Positions 14,611 through 23,417 of a stretch of 32,000 nt of DNA are shown one piece after another. The stretch covers positions 2,640,001 through 2,672,000 of the forward strand of contig NZ_LT934425.1 of the NCBI RefSeq assembly GCF_900232105.1. Direction: 5' to 3'. This stretch comes from Candidatus Kuenenia stuttgartensis (GTDB taxonomy: Bacteria > Planctomycetota > Brocadiia > Brocadiales > Brocadiaceae). Made by a program: the position numbers and the translations under genes. The notes beneath the pieces are model-generated. The model ran no database searches. It saw only the letters and a program-made list of their open reading frames with translations, and was not told the DNA's origin. Position 1 is the stretch's first letter, and each line of letters begins with the position of its first letter.

Positions 14611-17279
14611 AAATTATCCATCTGACAATAGATGATAAATCAATCGTAGCGCCTGAAGGCACAAATATTTTTCAGGCGGCATTGGACAATAATATTTATA
14701 TTCCAGGCCTGTGCTACCATCCAAAACTATCCCAGTTTGGCGGATGCAGGCTTTGTTATGTTGAAGTTACTGAAAGGAATCAAACAAGACGCCGTTTCGC
14801 CTGTGCACATCCGGTATCCGAGGGGATGAGCGTAAAAGTAAATACAGCAGAAGTGAATCGCCATAGAAAAGCGGTAATGGAATACCTGCTTGCTCATCAT
14901 GAACTTGCCTGCCCCACCTGTAATAAATCCGGAGAATGCGGACTGCAAAATATTGCCCATGAACAGGAATCCCCTCTGGGAAGATTCAAGACGGCAAGGA
15001 TGTCTGCTCCGGTAATTCGGGATAATCCGGTTTTGGAATTAAACAGAAACCGGTGCGTTTTGTGCGGACGCTGTGTAAACGCCTGCAAGGAAATAGAGGG
15101 TGTTGGCGCCATAGACTTCCAGAACCGCGGGTTCAGAACGGTTATTGGAACCGCCTTTGACAGGCCATTGGATTGCAGTTTTTGCGGAGGGTGTCTGGCT
15201 GTGTGCCCGACAGGTGCTTGGCAGGACAGAACGCTGAAGTTCAGCGGCAGGTCGTGGGAATTCGAGGGTTTTCAGACAATTTGCCCATATTGTTCCGTTG
15301 GCTGCACAATTGTTTTAAATACAAAAAATGGAAGCGTCAGGCGCGTGCTTTCCGAAGATAAACTGGGAATAAATGAGGGAAATCTTTGTGTGAAGGGAAG
15401 GTTCGGGCATGAATTTATTCATTCCCCTGAACGAATAACCACCCCATTGATAAAAAAGAATGGTGAATTTCAGGCTGTCCGGTGGGAAGAGGCGATTGGG
15501 TTTGTGTCGGAGACGCTTGGACGAATTATTGAAAAACATGGCAGCAATACGATAGGCGGCATCGGTTCTGAAAAATGTACCAACGAGGAAGATTACCTTT
15601 TTCAGAAATTTTGCAGAACGGTACTGAGGACAAATTGTATTGACAACATAGCAAATATGAGGGCGCCATTCTTAAATAGCGTTTTATATAAATCAGTTGA
15701 AAGCGGGTTTGCAGCCGCTCCATTGAAGGAAATCGAAAATGCCGGCACCCTGTTCTTTTTTGGCGTGGATATTACCGAGGCACTTCCCGTCATAGGATGC
15801 ATGGCAAGGAAGGCAATAAAATTGAATAACGCAAATGTGGTGATCGCCAACCCGCGCACTATCATTTTTAAAAATACCGCCCCAAATGAAGCGCGACTAA
15901 ACTATTCTTTGGGAAGTCAGCATATATTGCTCAACGCAATAATCAAAGTTATTGTTGAGGATAAACTTGTTGATATTAAAAAGTTAGAGTCTTCGGCAAG
16001 TAATCTTAGCGATTTACGTTTAGCGGTAGAAAATCTTAGTTTAATTGATGTTGAACGATTGACGGGAGTTTCGCCTGAAATGATACGCAACGCTGCCGGA
16101 TTGCTGGCGAAACCGGGCAACTGTTGCATTGTTTACGGCAAAGACGTTATTGAAGACCCGCTTGGTGCGGATACCATAAAAACGCTGTTAGACCTTTGCA
16201 CATTGATTGATATTTCCAATCGTAGTGAAATTCATCCTGGCAGGGTGTCTCTTTTCTGTGCAAGATATCATAATAATTCGCAGGGGGTAAACGATATGGG
16301 AGTCGTTCCGGAATCATTACCCGGTTATCTTGATATAAACGATGCATCGAATAAGGAGAGAATTGAAGAATTGTGGGGCGTAAAATTTTCTGAAGATCTT
16401 TTATCAAAAAAACCCTTAAATCTGATTGACGCCGCAAAAAATGGGAGCATAAAATCGCTTTACGTAATGGGCGCAGATCCTGTCACGGAGTATCCGAACG
16501 GAAAAGAGATAAGAGATAGTTTTAAGAATATGGAATTTATTGTCGTTCAGGATTCATTTATGACGGAAACAGCAAAACAGGCAGATGTGATCTTCCCCTC
16601 TGCTACATTTGCCGAAAAAGAAGGTACTTATACCAGTATGGGATTGATCACGCAGCGATTAAACAAGGCTGTTTCACCTGTGGGTGAATCGAAGGCTGAT
16701 TGGAAAATTATCTGCGATGTATCAGAAAAAATGGGACATGCTTTCCCCTATGCGAATGTAACGGAAATTGTGGATGAAATAAAAAAGGCAGCCCCTCTTT
16801 ATTCATCCTTAAGTTATGACCGCCTGAAGCGAAAGGAATTTCACTGGCCTTCATCGTTTCCTGAAAAAAAAGAATCAAATACCTGCACGTTTTTTGCGAT
16901 TCAGGGTAAATTCCTGAAAGTGAATGTAGAAAAAGAATTTCCTTTCATCGTAATGACAGGTGCAAGCCTGAATCACCATGGCGCTTATTCAGCAAAATCA
17001 AGGGCATTGGTTTCGATTGCCCCTGAATGTTGTGTAGAAATAAACGAAAAAGACGCAAAGGATATGCAGATTAAAAATGGGGATATGGTTATGGTTGAGT
17101 CGCGGGTGGGAAAATTAAAACTGAGAGCAAGGGTAACAAAGAAATCTCCTCCGGGCATAGTTTTTGTGCCAGATGCATATGCAGACTCACCTGTTAATAT
17201 CTTGATATCTCAGGCATATACACCGGTGAAGATTTATACTGTTTCTGATTTGGTGTTACGCCTGAGCCAAGGTGAATAA
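14607..17279 (+). CDS. nuoG: NADH:quinone oxidoreductase subunit G
   Basis: 890 aa. It has a 2Fe-2S region CYHPKLSQFGGCRLC, then HHELACPTCNKSGEC, CVLCGRCVNAC and CSFCGGCLAVCP, then a molybdopterin-oxidoreductase-like domain starting CPYCSVGC. It has an ATGA overlap with nuoF. Confidence 0.93.
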   Translation: MKIIHLTIDDKSIVAPEGTNIFQAALDNNIYIPGLCYHPKLSQFGGCRLCYVEVTERNQTRRRFACAHPVSEGMSVKVNTAEVNRHRKAVMEYLLAHHELACPTCNKSGECGLQNIAHEQESPLGRFKTARMSAPVIRDNPVLELNRNRCVLCGRCVNACKEIEGVGAIDFQNRGFRTVIGTAFDRPLDCSFCGGCLAVCPTGAWQDRTLKFSGRSWEFEGFQTICPYCSVGCTIVLNTKNGSVRRVLSEDKLGINEGNLCVKGRFGHEFIHSPERITTPLIKKNGEFQAVRWEEAIGFVSETLGRIIEKHGSNTIGGIGSEKCTNEEDYLFQKFCRTVLRTNCIDNIANMRAPFLNSVLYKSVESGFAAAPLKEIENAGTLFFFGVDITEALPVIGCMARKAIKLNNANVVIANPRTIIFKNTAPNEARLNYSLGSQHILLNAIIKVIVEDKLVDIKKLESSASNLSDLRLAVENLSLIDVERLTGVSPEMIRNAAGLLAKPGNCCIVYGKDVIEDPLGADTIKTLLDLCTLIDISNRSEIHPGRVSLFCARYHNNSQGVNDMGVVPESLPGYLDINDASNKERIEELWGVKFSEDLLSKKPLNLIDAAKNGSIKSLYVMGADPVTEYPNGKEIRDSFKNMEFIVVQDSFMTETAKQADVIFPSATFAEKEGTYTSMGLITQRLNKAVSPVGESKADWKIICDVSEKMGHAFPYANVTEIVDEIKKAAPLYSSLSYDRLKRKEFHWPSSFPEKKESNTCTFFAIQGKFLKVNVEKEFPFIVMTGASLNHHGAYSAKSRALVSIAPECCVEINEKDAKDMQIKNGDMVMVESRVGKLKLRARVTKKSPPGIVFVPDAYADSPVNILISQAYTPVKIYTVSDLVLRLSQGE

Positions 17280-17599
17280 AAAAAGGATGTAATAAAGTAG
17301 ACATGGTGTTTTCGTTAAACGAATCCGCACGGGATTGCTATCCTCTTTCTGGCAGCAAGACAGTCACGAACAACAATGTGACTTATTTGCGTTTTGCCTA
17401 TAAAATGGGCGGCAATTCCGGGCTGTTATTCGAATAGACTAATTGGCAACACTCCTTGGCGGATTCAGGTCTGCGACCTGAACCAATGGGTTTATATGTT
17501 AACAACGCTTTGTGCGAACGATGACGGGATCAACAATATAAAATTGAAGAAATTATGGGCAAAAAATGGGTTGCGTGGTGGACAGAAATCTTAATTATT

Positions 17600-17734
17600 G
17601 TAACACTTTAGTTTTTTGAAAAATTCCAATAATCGCAGTGTAGGGGCGAAGCATTTGCTGTAAATTGTCATAAATGCGTTCATGCCCAAACGAGCAAATG
17701 CTTCGCCCCTGCTTTTTCAAAAAACTAAAGTGTT
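17600..17734. mobile_element. MITE-like nested hairpin element, family 1
   Basis: The outer arms AACACTTTAGTTTTTTGAAAAA (17602-17623) and TTTTTCAAAAAACTAAAGTGTT (17713-17734) are 22/22 complementary. The inner arms AGGGGCGAAGCATTTGCT (17642-17659) and AGCAAATGCTTCGCCCCT (17693-17710) are 18/18 complementary. Related copies lie at 63-273, 31252-31335 and 31900-32000. Confidence 0.6.
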
Positions 17735-17766
17735 CATAATTATCAGGCAAGAAAAGAGATAAAAAT

Positions 17767-18105
17767 ATGGGAAAAACTAAAATTACTAATGAACAGAAGC
17801 CACAATTTGTTCAAGGTATGCCTTTGCTTAATATTTATATTATCAAAGATAACGGAAAATATATGGTTAAATGTCCGGAACTGGACATAGTAACCGAAAT
17901 GGATACCGCAGAACAAGCCTTAGATGCTATTTTAGAAATAATAAGAGAATATTCAGAAGATTACAGGAATCGTGAAGAAATATTTATCAAAAGCCCTAAT
18001 AGGTTCCATCATAAGCCTTATGTCGATAAGGTCCTTGAATGTAAAGATAAATGGGAACTATGCGAACTGATAACGGTTAAATATGGCCATATATACATAC
18101 GATGA
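17767..18105 (+). CDS. hicB: HicB-like antitoxin (N-terminal HicB/UPF0150-type domain)
   Basis: 112 aa. The segment YMVKCPELDIVTEMDTAEQALDAILEIIREY fits the HicB-like pattern (..cPeL.g..t.G.T.eEAl.n..eai..). It lies directly upstream of hicA. I see no clear RHH/HTH C-terminal domain. Confidence 0.55.
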   Translation: MGKTKITNEQKPQFVQGMPLLNIYIIKDNGKYMVKCPELDIVTEMDTAEQALDAILEIIREYSEDYRNREEIFIKSPNRFHHKPYVDKVLECKDKWELCELITVKYGHIYIR

Positions 18106-18313
18106 TATGCGGTTTGTACTTAAGAGATTGGGTTTTAATAAGATTAGAAGCCAAAAACATGAGACATGGGAAAGAATTACGGATGCGGGGACCGTATTAC
18201 AGGTAAGATTAAGCCACAAAGGTAAACGAGATATATCTAAAGGGACCTTTAATGAGATGTTAAAACAAGCAGGTATTGATAAAAAAATGTTCAGAGATTT
18301 ACTAAAAAAATAA
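18083..18313 (+). CDS. hicA: HicA-family mRNA interferase toxin
   Basis: The sequence ...MRFVLKRLGFNKIRSQKHETWERITDAGTVLQVRLSHKGKRDISKGTFNEMLKQAGIDKKMF fits the HicA/YcfA pattern. The ATG at 18107, one nt after the hicB stop, is an equally plausible start. Confidence 0.7.
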   Translation: MAIYTYDDMRFVLKRLGFNKIRSQKHETWERITDAGTVLQVRLSHKGKRDISKGTFNEMLKQAGIDKKMFRDLLKK

Positions 18314-18411
18314 TACAAAAAGGAAAATATACCATACTAAAGAAAATATGCATGAATATTGTGCCTATTTTCTGTGACGGCAGGTTTCTCCTGTTGCCTG
18401 AGCGTGAGAGA

Positions 18412-18435
18412 CAGTCAGGAGGAAACTCCTGACTG
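18412..18435 (+). promoter_or_regulatory. Perfect 10-bp stem / GAAA tetraloop hairpin in the leader of the desulforedoxin-nuoH unit
   Basis: CAGTCAGGAG-GAAA-CTCCTGACTG. No T-run follows, so it is not a classical terminator. Two further, mutually exclusive hairpins follow at 18455-18479 and 18475-18494. Confidence 0.35.
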
Positions 18436-18519
18436 CATGGGGGTATAAAATGTGGGGTTCAAATTACAAATTTGAATCCGCGATAATCCGGATTTAAATG
18501 CAGTATTGAGGTTTTATAC

Positions 18520-18807
18520 ATGGCGAAAAAAGGACAAACGTTTTTCTGCGAGATATGCAAGCAAAAGGTTGTTGTTGTTGACGGAGGTTTTGGGGTGCTT
18601 GTATGTTGCGGCAAGGAAATGACCCTGGTTGGGAAGAAAGATATGATGTCTGTCTGGACGTCTGCGCATAAGTCTCCTGAGGAGGGAAGCGGGGTGCACT
18701 TTATCTGCGGAATATGCGGACAAAAGATAAATGTGATTTACGAAACGACTGGGATATTGGAATGTTGCGGACAAAGAATGATGATGGAAGAGGTTTCAAA
18801 TGGATAG
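18520..18807 (+). CDS. Tandem desulforedoxin-domain protein (two Cys4 rubredoxin-like metal sites)
   Basis: 95 aa with two copies of the desulforedoxin signature F/Y-x-C-x2-C-x-Q-x-V/I-x-V...G-x-L-x-CCG-x2-M: FFCEICKQKVVVVDGGFGVLVCCGKEM and FICGICGQKINVIYETTGILECCGQRM. For comparison, D. gigas Dx from memory is [27 protein letters not shown]. GAGG lies 9 nt before the ATG. The stop overlaps the nuoH ATG by 8 nt. Confidence 0.8.
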   Translation: MAKKGQTFFCEICKQKVVVVDGGFGVLVCCGKEMTLVGKKDMMSVWTSAHKSPEEGSGVHFICGICGQKINVIYETTGILECCGQRMMMEEVSNG

Positions 18808-19798
18808 AAAGCTACTCATTTTTCTTATCATTGCATCCGTTAAGATTTTCATTGTCTTTAATGTAGTGCAACTAATGATTGTCTCAATGATCTGGTTTGA
18901 ACGAAAGATATTGGCGCACATGCAGGTGCGTCTCGGCCCGATGCGCGTAGGATTCCATGGTATACTGCAGCCTATTGCAGACGGCATAAAGCTTTTGTTT
19001 AAAGAAGATATTATTCCCGCGAAGGCGGAAAAAATACTTTTTGTGCTGGCGCCGGTAATGACTTTGATCCCCGCGTTGTGTACGTTTGCCGTTATTCCCT
19101 TTGGAGGGGTAATCAATGTATTTGGACATCGTATAGATATGGTCATTACCGATATTAATGTGGGAATCCTTTATATTTTAGCGGTTTCTTCAATGGGTAT
19201 TTATGGCATTGTTATGGCAGGCTGGTCATCGAATAATAAATATTCGTTGTTAGGGGGGATACGTTCCTCCGCTCAGATGATAAGTTACGAGTTAACTATA
19301 GGCCTTTCTCTCATTGGGGTTATCATGATGACCGGATCGTTGAGTATGGTGGATATTGTGAATGCCCAATCAAAAATGTGGAATCTTGTTTGGCAGCCTT
19401 TAGGTTTTCTCATCTATTTGATAAGCGCTATAGCAGAAGTAAACCGGTGCCCCTTTGATATCCCGGAGGCGGAGACAGAGCTTGTGGCAGGTTACCATAC
19501 GGAATACAGCAGTATGAAGTTTTCCATGTTTTTTATGGCGGAATACGCAAATATGATAACAGTGTCTGCCATTGCGGTAACATTTTTTCTCGGCGGCTGG
19601 CATGGGCCGTTTTTGCCGGGGGTTGTTTGGTTTATGCTGAAATTGTCCTTCTGCCTTTTTGGTTTTATCTGGCTGAGGGCAACATTCCCAAGGCTTCGTT
19701 ATGACCAGTTGATGCATTTTGGGTGGAAATTTCTGCTGCCACTTTCATTGTTTAATATTTTAGTAACAGGACTTATCATGGTTATTCGAGGACTATGA
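18800..19798 (+). CDS. nuoH: NADH:quinone oxidoreductase subunit H
   Basis: 332 aa, polytopic, with WFERKILAHMQVRLGPMRVGFHGILQPIADGIKL. GAAGAGG lies upstream of the ATG at 18800. Confidence 0.93.
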   Translation: MDRKLLIFLIIASVKIFIVFNVVQLMIVSMIWFERKILAHMQVRLGPMRVGFHGILQPIADGIKLLFKEDIIPAKAEKILFVLAPVMTLIPALCTFAVIPFGGVINVFGHRIDMVITDINVGILYILAVSSMGIYGIVMAGWSSNNKYSLLGGIRSSAQMISYELTIGLSLIGVIMMTGSLSMVDIVNAQSKMWNLVWQPLGFLIYLISAIAEVNRCPFDIPEAETELVAGYHTEYSSMKFSMFFMAEYANMITVSAIAVTFFLGGWHGPFLPGVVWFMLKLSFCLFGFIWLRATFPRLRYDQLMHFGWKFLLPLSLFNILVTGLIMVIRGL

Positions 19799-20214
19799 TT
19801 TTACCGTTAGTGAAAGGTCTATTACTTACGTTAAAACGGTTTTTGAATCCGTTTACGTGTGTCACCGAAAGCTATCCTGATGCGAGGCCAAGGCTTGCCA
19901 AAAGATTCAGGGGATTGCCGGAACTGCAAATCGGTGAAGATGGGCGCGAAAAATGTGTTGCGTGCGGACTGTGCGCCAAAGTATGCCCTTCTCAGTGTAT
20001 TTCCATAGAGGGTGCAGAGGATGAACAATTCAGAAGGTATCCGTCGATGTATGAACTGGATTCTTTCCGGTGTATATTTTGCGGTTTTTGCGAAGAGGCA
20101 TGCCCTGAAAGGGCCATTCTTCTCGGGGACGTTTTTGAACTCGCCACTGACAAGAATAGCGGCGTTTTAGATAAAGAAAAATTACTGGAATCTGCCAGAA
20201 AAAGAAAATTATAG
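19795..20214 (+). CDS. nuoI: NADH:quinone oxidoreductase subunit I (2x[4Fe-4S])
   Basis: 139 aa with CVACGLCAKVCP and CIFCGFCEEACP. It has an ATGA overlap with nuoH. Confidence 0.93.
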   Translation: MILPLVKGLLLTLKRFLNPFTCVTESYPDARPRLAKRFRGLPELQIGEDGREKCVACGLCAKVCPSQCISIEGAEDEQFRRYPSMYELDSFRCIFCGFCEEACPERAILLGDVFELATDKNSGVLDKEKLLESARKRKL

Positions 20215-20232
20215 CATGGTAATTAAACTATA

Positions 20233-20742
20233 ATGGAACCATATTTATTTTATGTAATGGCGGCGACTTCTGTAGTTGCGGCGCTCTACCTTATATTTGA
20301 GAAAAACCCTATATACTGCGCTTTATATCTGGTTTTTTCCTTTTTGAATATAGCGGTGCTGTATGTTTTGCTTGAGGCGCAGTTTATTGCCGCAGTGCAG
20401 ATAATCGTATATACAGGGGCGATTATGGTCCTCTTCCTCTTTGTCATCATGTTATTAATGACGAACAGTGAACAAAAGCAGAAAGATGGCCTGCCTTTTC
20501 AGCGGATACCGGCAATGGTTCTGGGTCTCGTATTGCTTATTATTATGGGGTTGACGATCAAATCAAAGCTATTCCAGGGCAGGGAAGGGATTTATACTTC
20601 CGCAAAGGTCGAAAGCATAGGGCATACACAATTAGTTGGCAAACTATTATTCACCGATTACCTTTTGCCGTTTGAAATGACCTCTGTTTTATTATTTGTG
20701 GCCGTTATCGGGGCTATTATATTAGCGAAAAGGAAACAGTAA
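20233..20742 (+). CDS. nuoJ: NADH:quinone oxidoreductase subunit J
   Basis: 169 aa and hydrophobic. Position in the operon fits, and it carries the typical ...[22 protein letters not shown] and C-terminal LPFE.TSVLL motifs. Confidence 0.9.
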   Translation: MEPYLFYVMAATSVVAALYLIFEKNPIYCALYLVFSFLNIAVLYVLLEAQFIAAVQIIVYTGAIMVLFLFVIMLLMTNSEQKQKDGLPFQRIPAMVLGLVLLIIMGLTIKSKLFQGREGIYTSAKVESIGHTQLVGKLLFTDYLLPFEMTSVLLFVAVIGAIILAKRKQ

Positions 20743-20743
20743 T

Positions 20744-21046
20744 ATGATTACGCTGACTCATTATTTAATTTTGAGCGCTATATTGTTTTCAATCGGGGTT
20801 GTCGGAGTACTTATAAGGAGAAACGCAATCATAATCTTTATGTGCATAGAGCTTATGCTGAATGCGGTAAATCTGTCGTTTGTGGCATTTGCCCATTATC
20901 TGCACTCTATGGAAGGGCAGATGTTTGTATTTTTTTCCATGACGGTTGCCGCTGCTGAAGCAACGGTTGGTTTGGCCATAATTATTGCAATATTCAGGAA
21001 CAAAGAAACCGTTGATGTCGATGACATGAATATCATGAAGTGGTAG
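20744..21046 (+). CDS. nuoK: NADH:quinone oxidoreductase subunit K
   Basis: 100 aa with 3 TM segments. It carries ...[12 protein letters not shown] and [11 protein letters not shown] motifs. Confidence 0.92.
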   Translation: MITLTHYLILSAILFSIGVVGVLIRRNAIIIFMCIELMLNAVNLSFVAFAHYLHSMEGQMFVFFSMTVAAAEATVGLAIIIAIFRNKETVDVDDMNIMKW

Positions 21047-21053
21047 GGGGCCT

Positions 21054-22982
21054 ATGCTTAATCTGGTTGCATTCATTTTGTTATTTCCCTTAATTGGTTC
21101 CGCAATTAACGGGTTTTTCGGCAGACGATTGCGTAAAGAATCGGTAGGATATATCGCCTGCGGGGCAACAGGCCTGTCCTTTTTCATTTCCGTAATTGTT
21201 TTCTGCGGACTTCTTTTCTTACCGCCGGAAGAACGTCTTTTTGAAAAACACCTGTTCGGTTGGATTCAATCCGGATCATTCAATGCAACAGCCGGGTTTC
21301 AGGTAGACCCTTTGTCCGCCCTGATGATTCTTATTGTGACTGGTGTTGGATTCCTGATTCACATCTATTCGATAGGGTACATGCATGAAGACAAGGGATA
21401 TCACCGCTATTTCAGTTACCTTAACTTATTTACCTTTTCAATGCTATTGCTTGTACTGAGCAACAATTTCCTCCTCATGTTTGTTGGTTGGGAGGCGGTT
21501 GGGCTATGCTCTTACCTCCTTATCGGATTCTGGTTTGAGAAGAAATCCGCTTCTGATGCAGCGAAAAAGGCATTTGTCGTTAACCGCATAGGGGATTTTG
21601 GCTTTGCATTGGGCATTATGCTCATCTTTCTGACGTTTCACAGCATTGATTTCACGGAGGTTTTTAGTGCGGCGTCTCACGGGAAATTTGCCATTGGGAA
21701 TATAACGATAACATTCATTACACTCCTCTTGTTTATGGGTGCGGCGGGAAAATCTGCGCAGATACCCTTATATACATGGCTGCCTGATGCAATGGAAGGC
21801 CCCACTCCGGTGAGCGCCCTTATACATGCAGCAACGATGGTAACGGCAGGTGTTTATATGGTTGCAAGGTGTAATGTTCTCTATATGTTGTCCCCTTTTA
21901 CCATGACCGTGGTTGCTTGTATAGGGGCTGCCACGGCGTTGTTTGCTGCTTCAATCGGGCTCATGCAAAACGATATCAAACGCGTTTTGGCGTATTCAAC
22001 GATCAGTCAGTTAGGTTATATGTTCCTTGCCTGCGGTGTTGGAGCGTTTACGGCAGGCGTTTTTCACCTTATGACGCATGCATTTTTTAAGGCGTTGTTG
22101 TTTCTCGGTTCTGGAAGTGTCATTCATGCCATGTCCGGCGAACAGGATATGAGAAAAATGGGTGGTTTGAAAAACCACATTCCGGTTACCTATAAAACAT
22201 TTTTGATAGGCACAGTGGCTATTGCAGGTATTCCGCCTTTTGCGGGATTTTTCAGTAAGGATGAAATATTGCTGGAGGCGTTTGTACGGGGAAATATTAT
22301 TTATTGGTCTATAGGTGCTGTTGCAGCGTTTTTAACGGCATTTTATATGTTTCGCCTGTTGTTTATGACGTTTCATGGAGAATCACGTGTCGATCCTCAT
22401 GTGAAAGAACATTTGCACGAATCTCCCAGGAACATGACGACCCCTTTAATAATACTGGCAGGTCTTTCCATAATAGGCGGTTTTTTCGGGATACCTGGTG
22501 CAAGCGCCTTGAATCATTTTCTATCTCCAGTGTTCGGAGGACATGGTCATGGGGAAATGCACGGCTCTGAAGCAGGCGGACATCATGGCGGGGGGCTTCC
22601 CTATCTTATGATGGTGGTCTCAACCCTTATTGCTGTCGGGGGTATTTGGCTTGCATATCAAATGTATGTGAAAAAACAGGCACTTCCCAAAAAGCTGGCA
22701 GAACGGTTTGCGTTGCCTTATAAAGTCTTGTTAAACAAGTATTATATTGACGAAATATATGACGCCGTATTTGTCAACCCTGTGAAAAAGATCTCTGTTC
22801 AGTTATGGAAGCGGGTTGATGCGATGATGATTGACGGTTCAGTAAACGGAATTGCACGTTTCTTTGTCGGGATAAGCAATGTCTTTCGCCTCTTTCAAAC
22901 AGGTTATGTGCGTAATTACGCATTTTATATTGTGGTTGGATGTATTTTTATTCTCATACTGACGACGTGGTTAAATAAATGA
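21054..22982 (+). CDS. nuoL: NADH:quinone oxidoreductase subunit L (antiporter-like)
   Basis: 642 aa with WEAVGLCSYLLIGFW, SAQIPLYTWLPDAMEGPTPVSALIHAATMV and a C-terminal lateral-helix region. It contains a His/Gly-rich loop GGHGHGEMHGSEAGGHHGGG. Confidence 0.93.
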   Translation: MLNLVAFILLFPLIGSAINGFFGRRLRKESVGYIACGATGLSFFISVIVFCGLLFLPPEERLFEKHLFGWIQSGSFNATAGFQVDPLSALMILIVTGVGFLIHIYSIGYMHEDKGYHRYFSYLNLFTFSMLLLVLSNNFLLMFVGWEAVGLCSYLLIGFWFEKKSASDAAKKAFVVNRIGDFGFALGIMLIFLTFHSIDFTEVFSAASHGKFAIGNITITFITLLLFMGAAGKSAQIPLYTWLPDAMEGPTPVSALIHAATMVTAGVYMVARCNVLYMLSPFTMTVVACIGAATALFAASIGLMQNDIKRVLAYSTISQLGYMFLACGVGAFTAGVFHLMTHAFFKALLFLGSGSVIHAMSGEQDMRKMGGLKNHIPVTYKTFLIGTVAIAGIPPFAGFFSKDEILLEAFVRGNIIYWSIGAVAAFLTAFYMFRLLFMTFHGESRVDPHVKEHLHESPRNMTTPLIILAGLSIIGGFFGIPGASALNHFLSPVFGGHGHGEMHGSEAGGHHGGGLPYLMMVVSTLIAVGGIWLAYQMYVKKQALPKKLAERFALPYKVLLNKYYIDEIYDAVFVNPVKKISVQLWKRVDAMMIDGSVNGIARFFVGISNVFRLFQTGYVRNYAFYIVVGCIFILILTTWLNK

Positions 22983-23027
22983 GGTTTGTGGCAACAATTT
23001 CGTGCCGTGAAAAATTAAAAATGCCTG

Positions 23028-23091
23028 CTCCAAAGCTTCGGTTTGGGGCACAAGCCAATGTTTGACGGAAATGTTTACGCTGAATAGTTAG
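23028..23091. repeat. Remnant / solo terminus of MITE family 2
   Basis: GTTTACGCTGAATAGTTA (23073-23090) matches the reverse complement of the left end of the 9034-9160 MITE at 18/18. An upstream CCAAA...TTTGG hairpin (23030-23046) resembles the MITE internal hairpin. I found no second terminus. Confidence 0.45.
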
Positions 23092-23163
23092 TGTGTAAGG
23101 CGGATTAGGGGTACATTTTGATTGTTAAACCCGTTCTTATACAAAAAAAAGGAAACAGAGAAA

Positions 23164-23414
23164 ATGAAATCTATATATAAAATTACCATTCCAAAACGTA
23201 TCACCGAAGGTGAAGAGCTTATAGTGATTCGCCGCCAGGAATATGATTAGCTAGTAAAACGTCTTGCTGAAGTTAAGGATGCTTTGGCTAAGATAAGGAA
23301 CAGGTACAGAAGCTTGTCTTGCTAATCCCGGAAGAGAGTATTAAAGAATACAAAAATGCTGCCCAAATAAGGAAGGCGTATATGAAGGCTACGAAAGATT
23401 TTCATCCGGCATAA
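23164..23414 (+). pseudogene. Decayed antitoxin gene (partner of the RelE/ParE-like toxin)
   Basis: The frame reads MKSIYKITIPKRITEGEELIVIRRQEYD-TAG(23248)-LVKRLAEVKDALAKI... It then shifts frame to ...KEQVQKLVLLIPEESIKEYKNAAQIRKAYMKATKDFHPA-TAA (23412-23414). That is one nonsense codon plus one frameshift. Confidence 0.55.
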
Positions 23415-23417
23415 TAA

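Noticed and set aside
17394-17594. 66-aa ORF in the nuoG-hicB spacer
   Set aside because: No motif or RBS. The region contains an 8-bp hairpin (17464-17482) and abuts a MITE, so it is more likely non-coding.
18455-18494. tRNA-like GGTTCAAAT...TTGAATCC sequence
   Set aside because: It is only a simple hairpin. There is no acceptor stem, D-arm or anticodon arm, and no CCA-compatible cloverleaf can be drawn.
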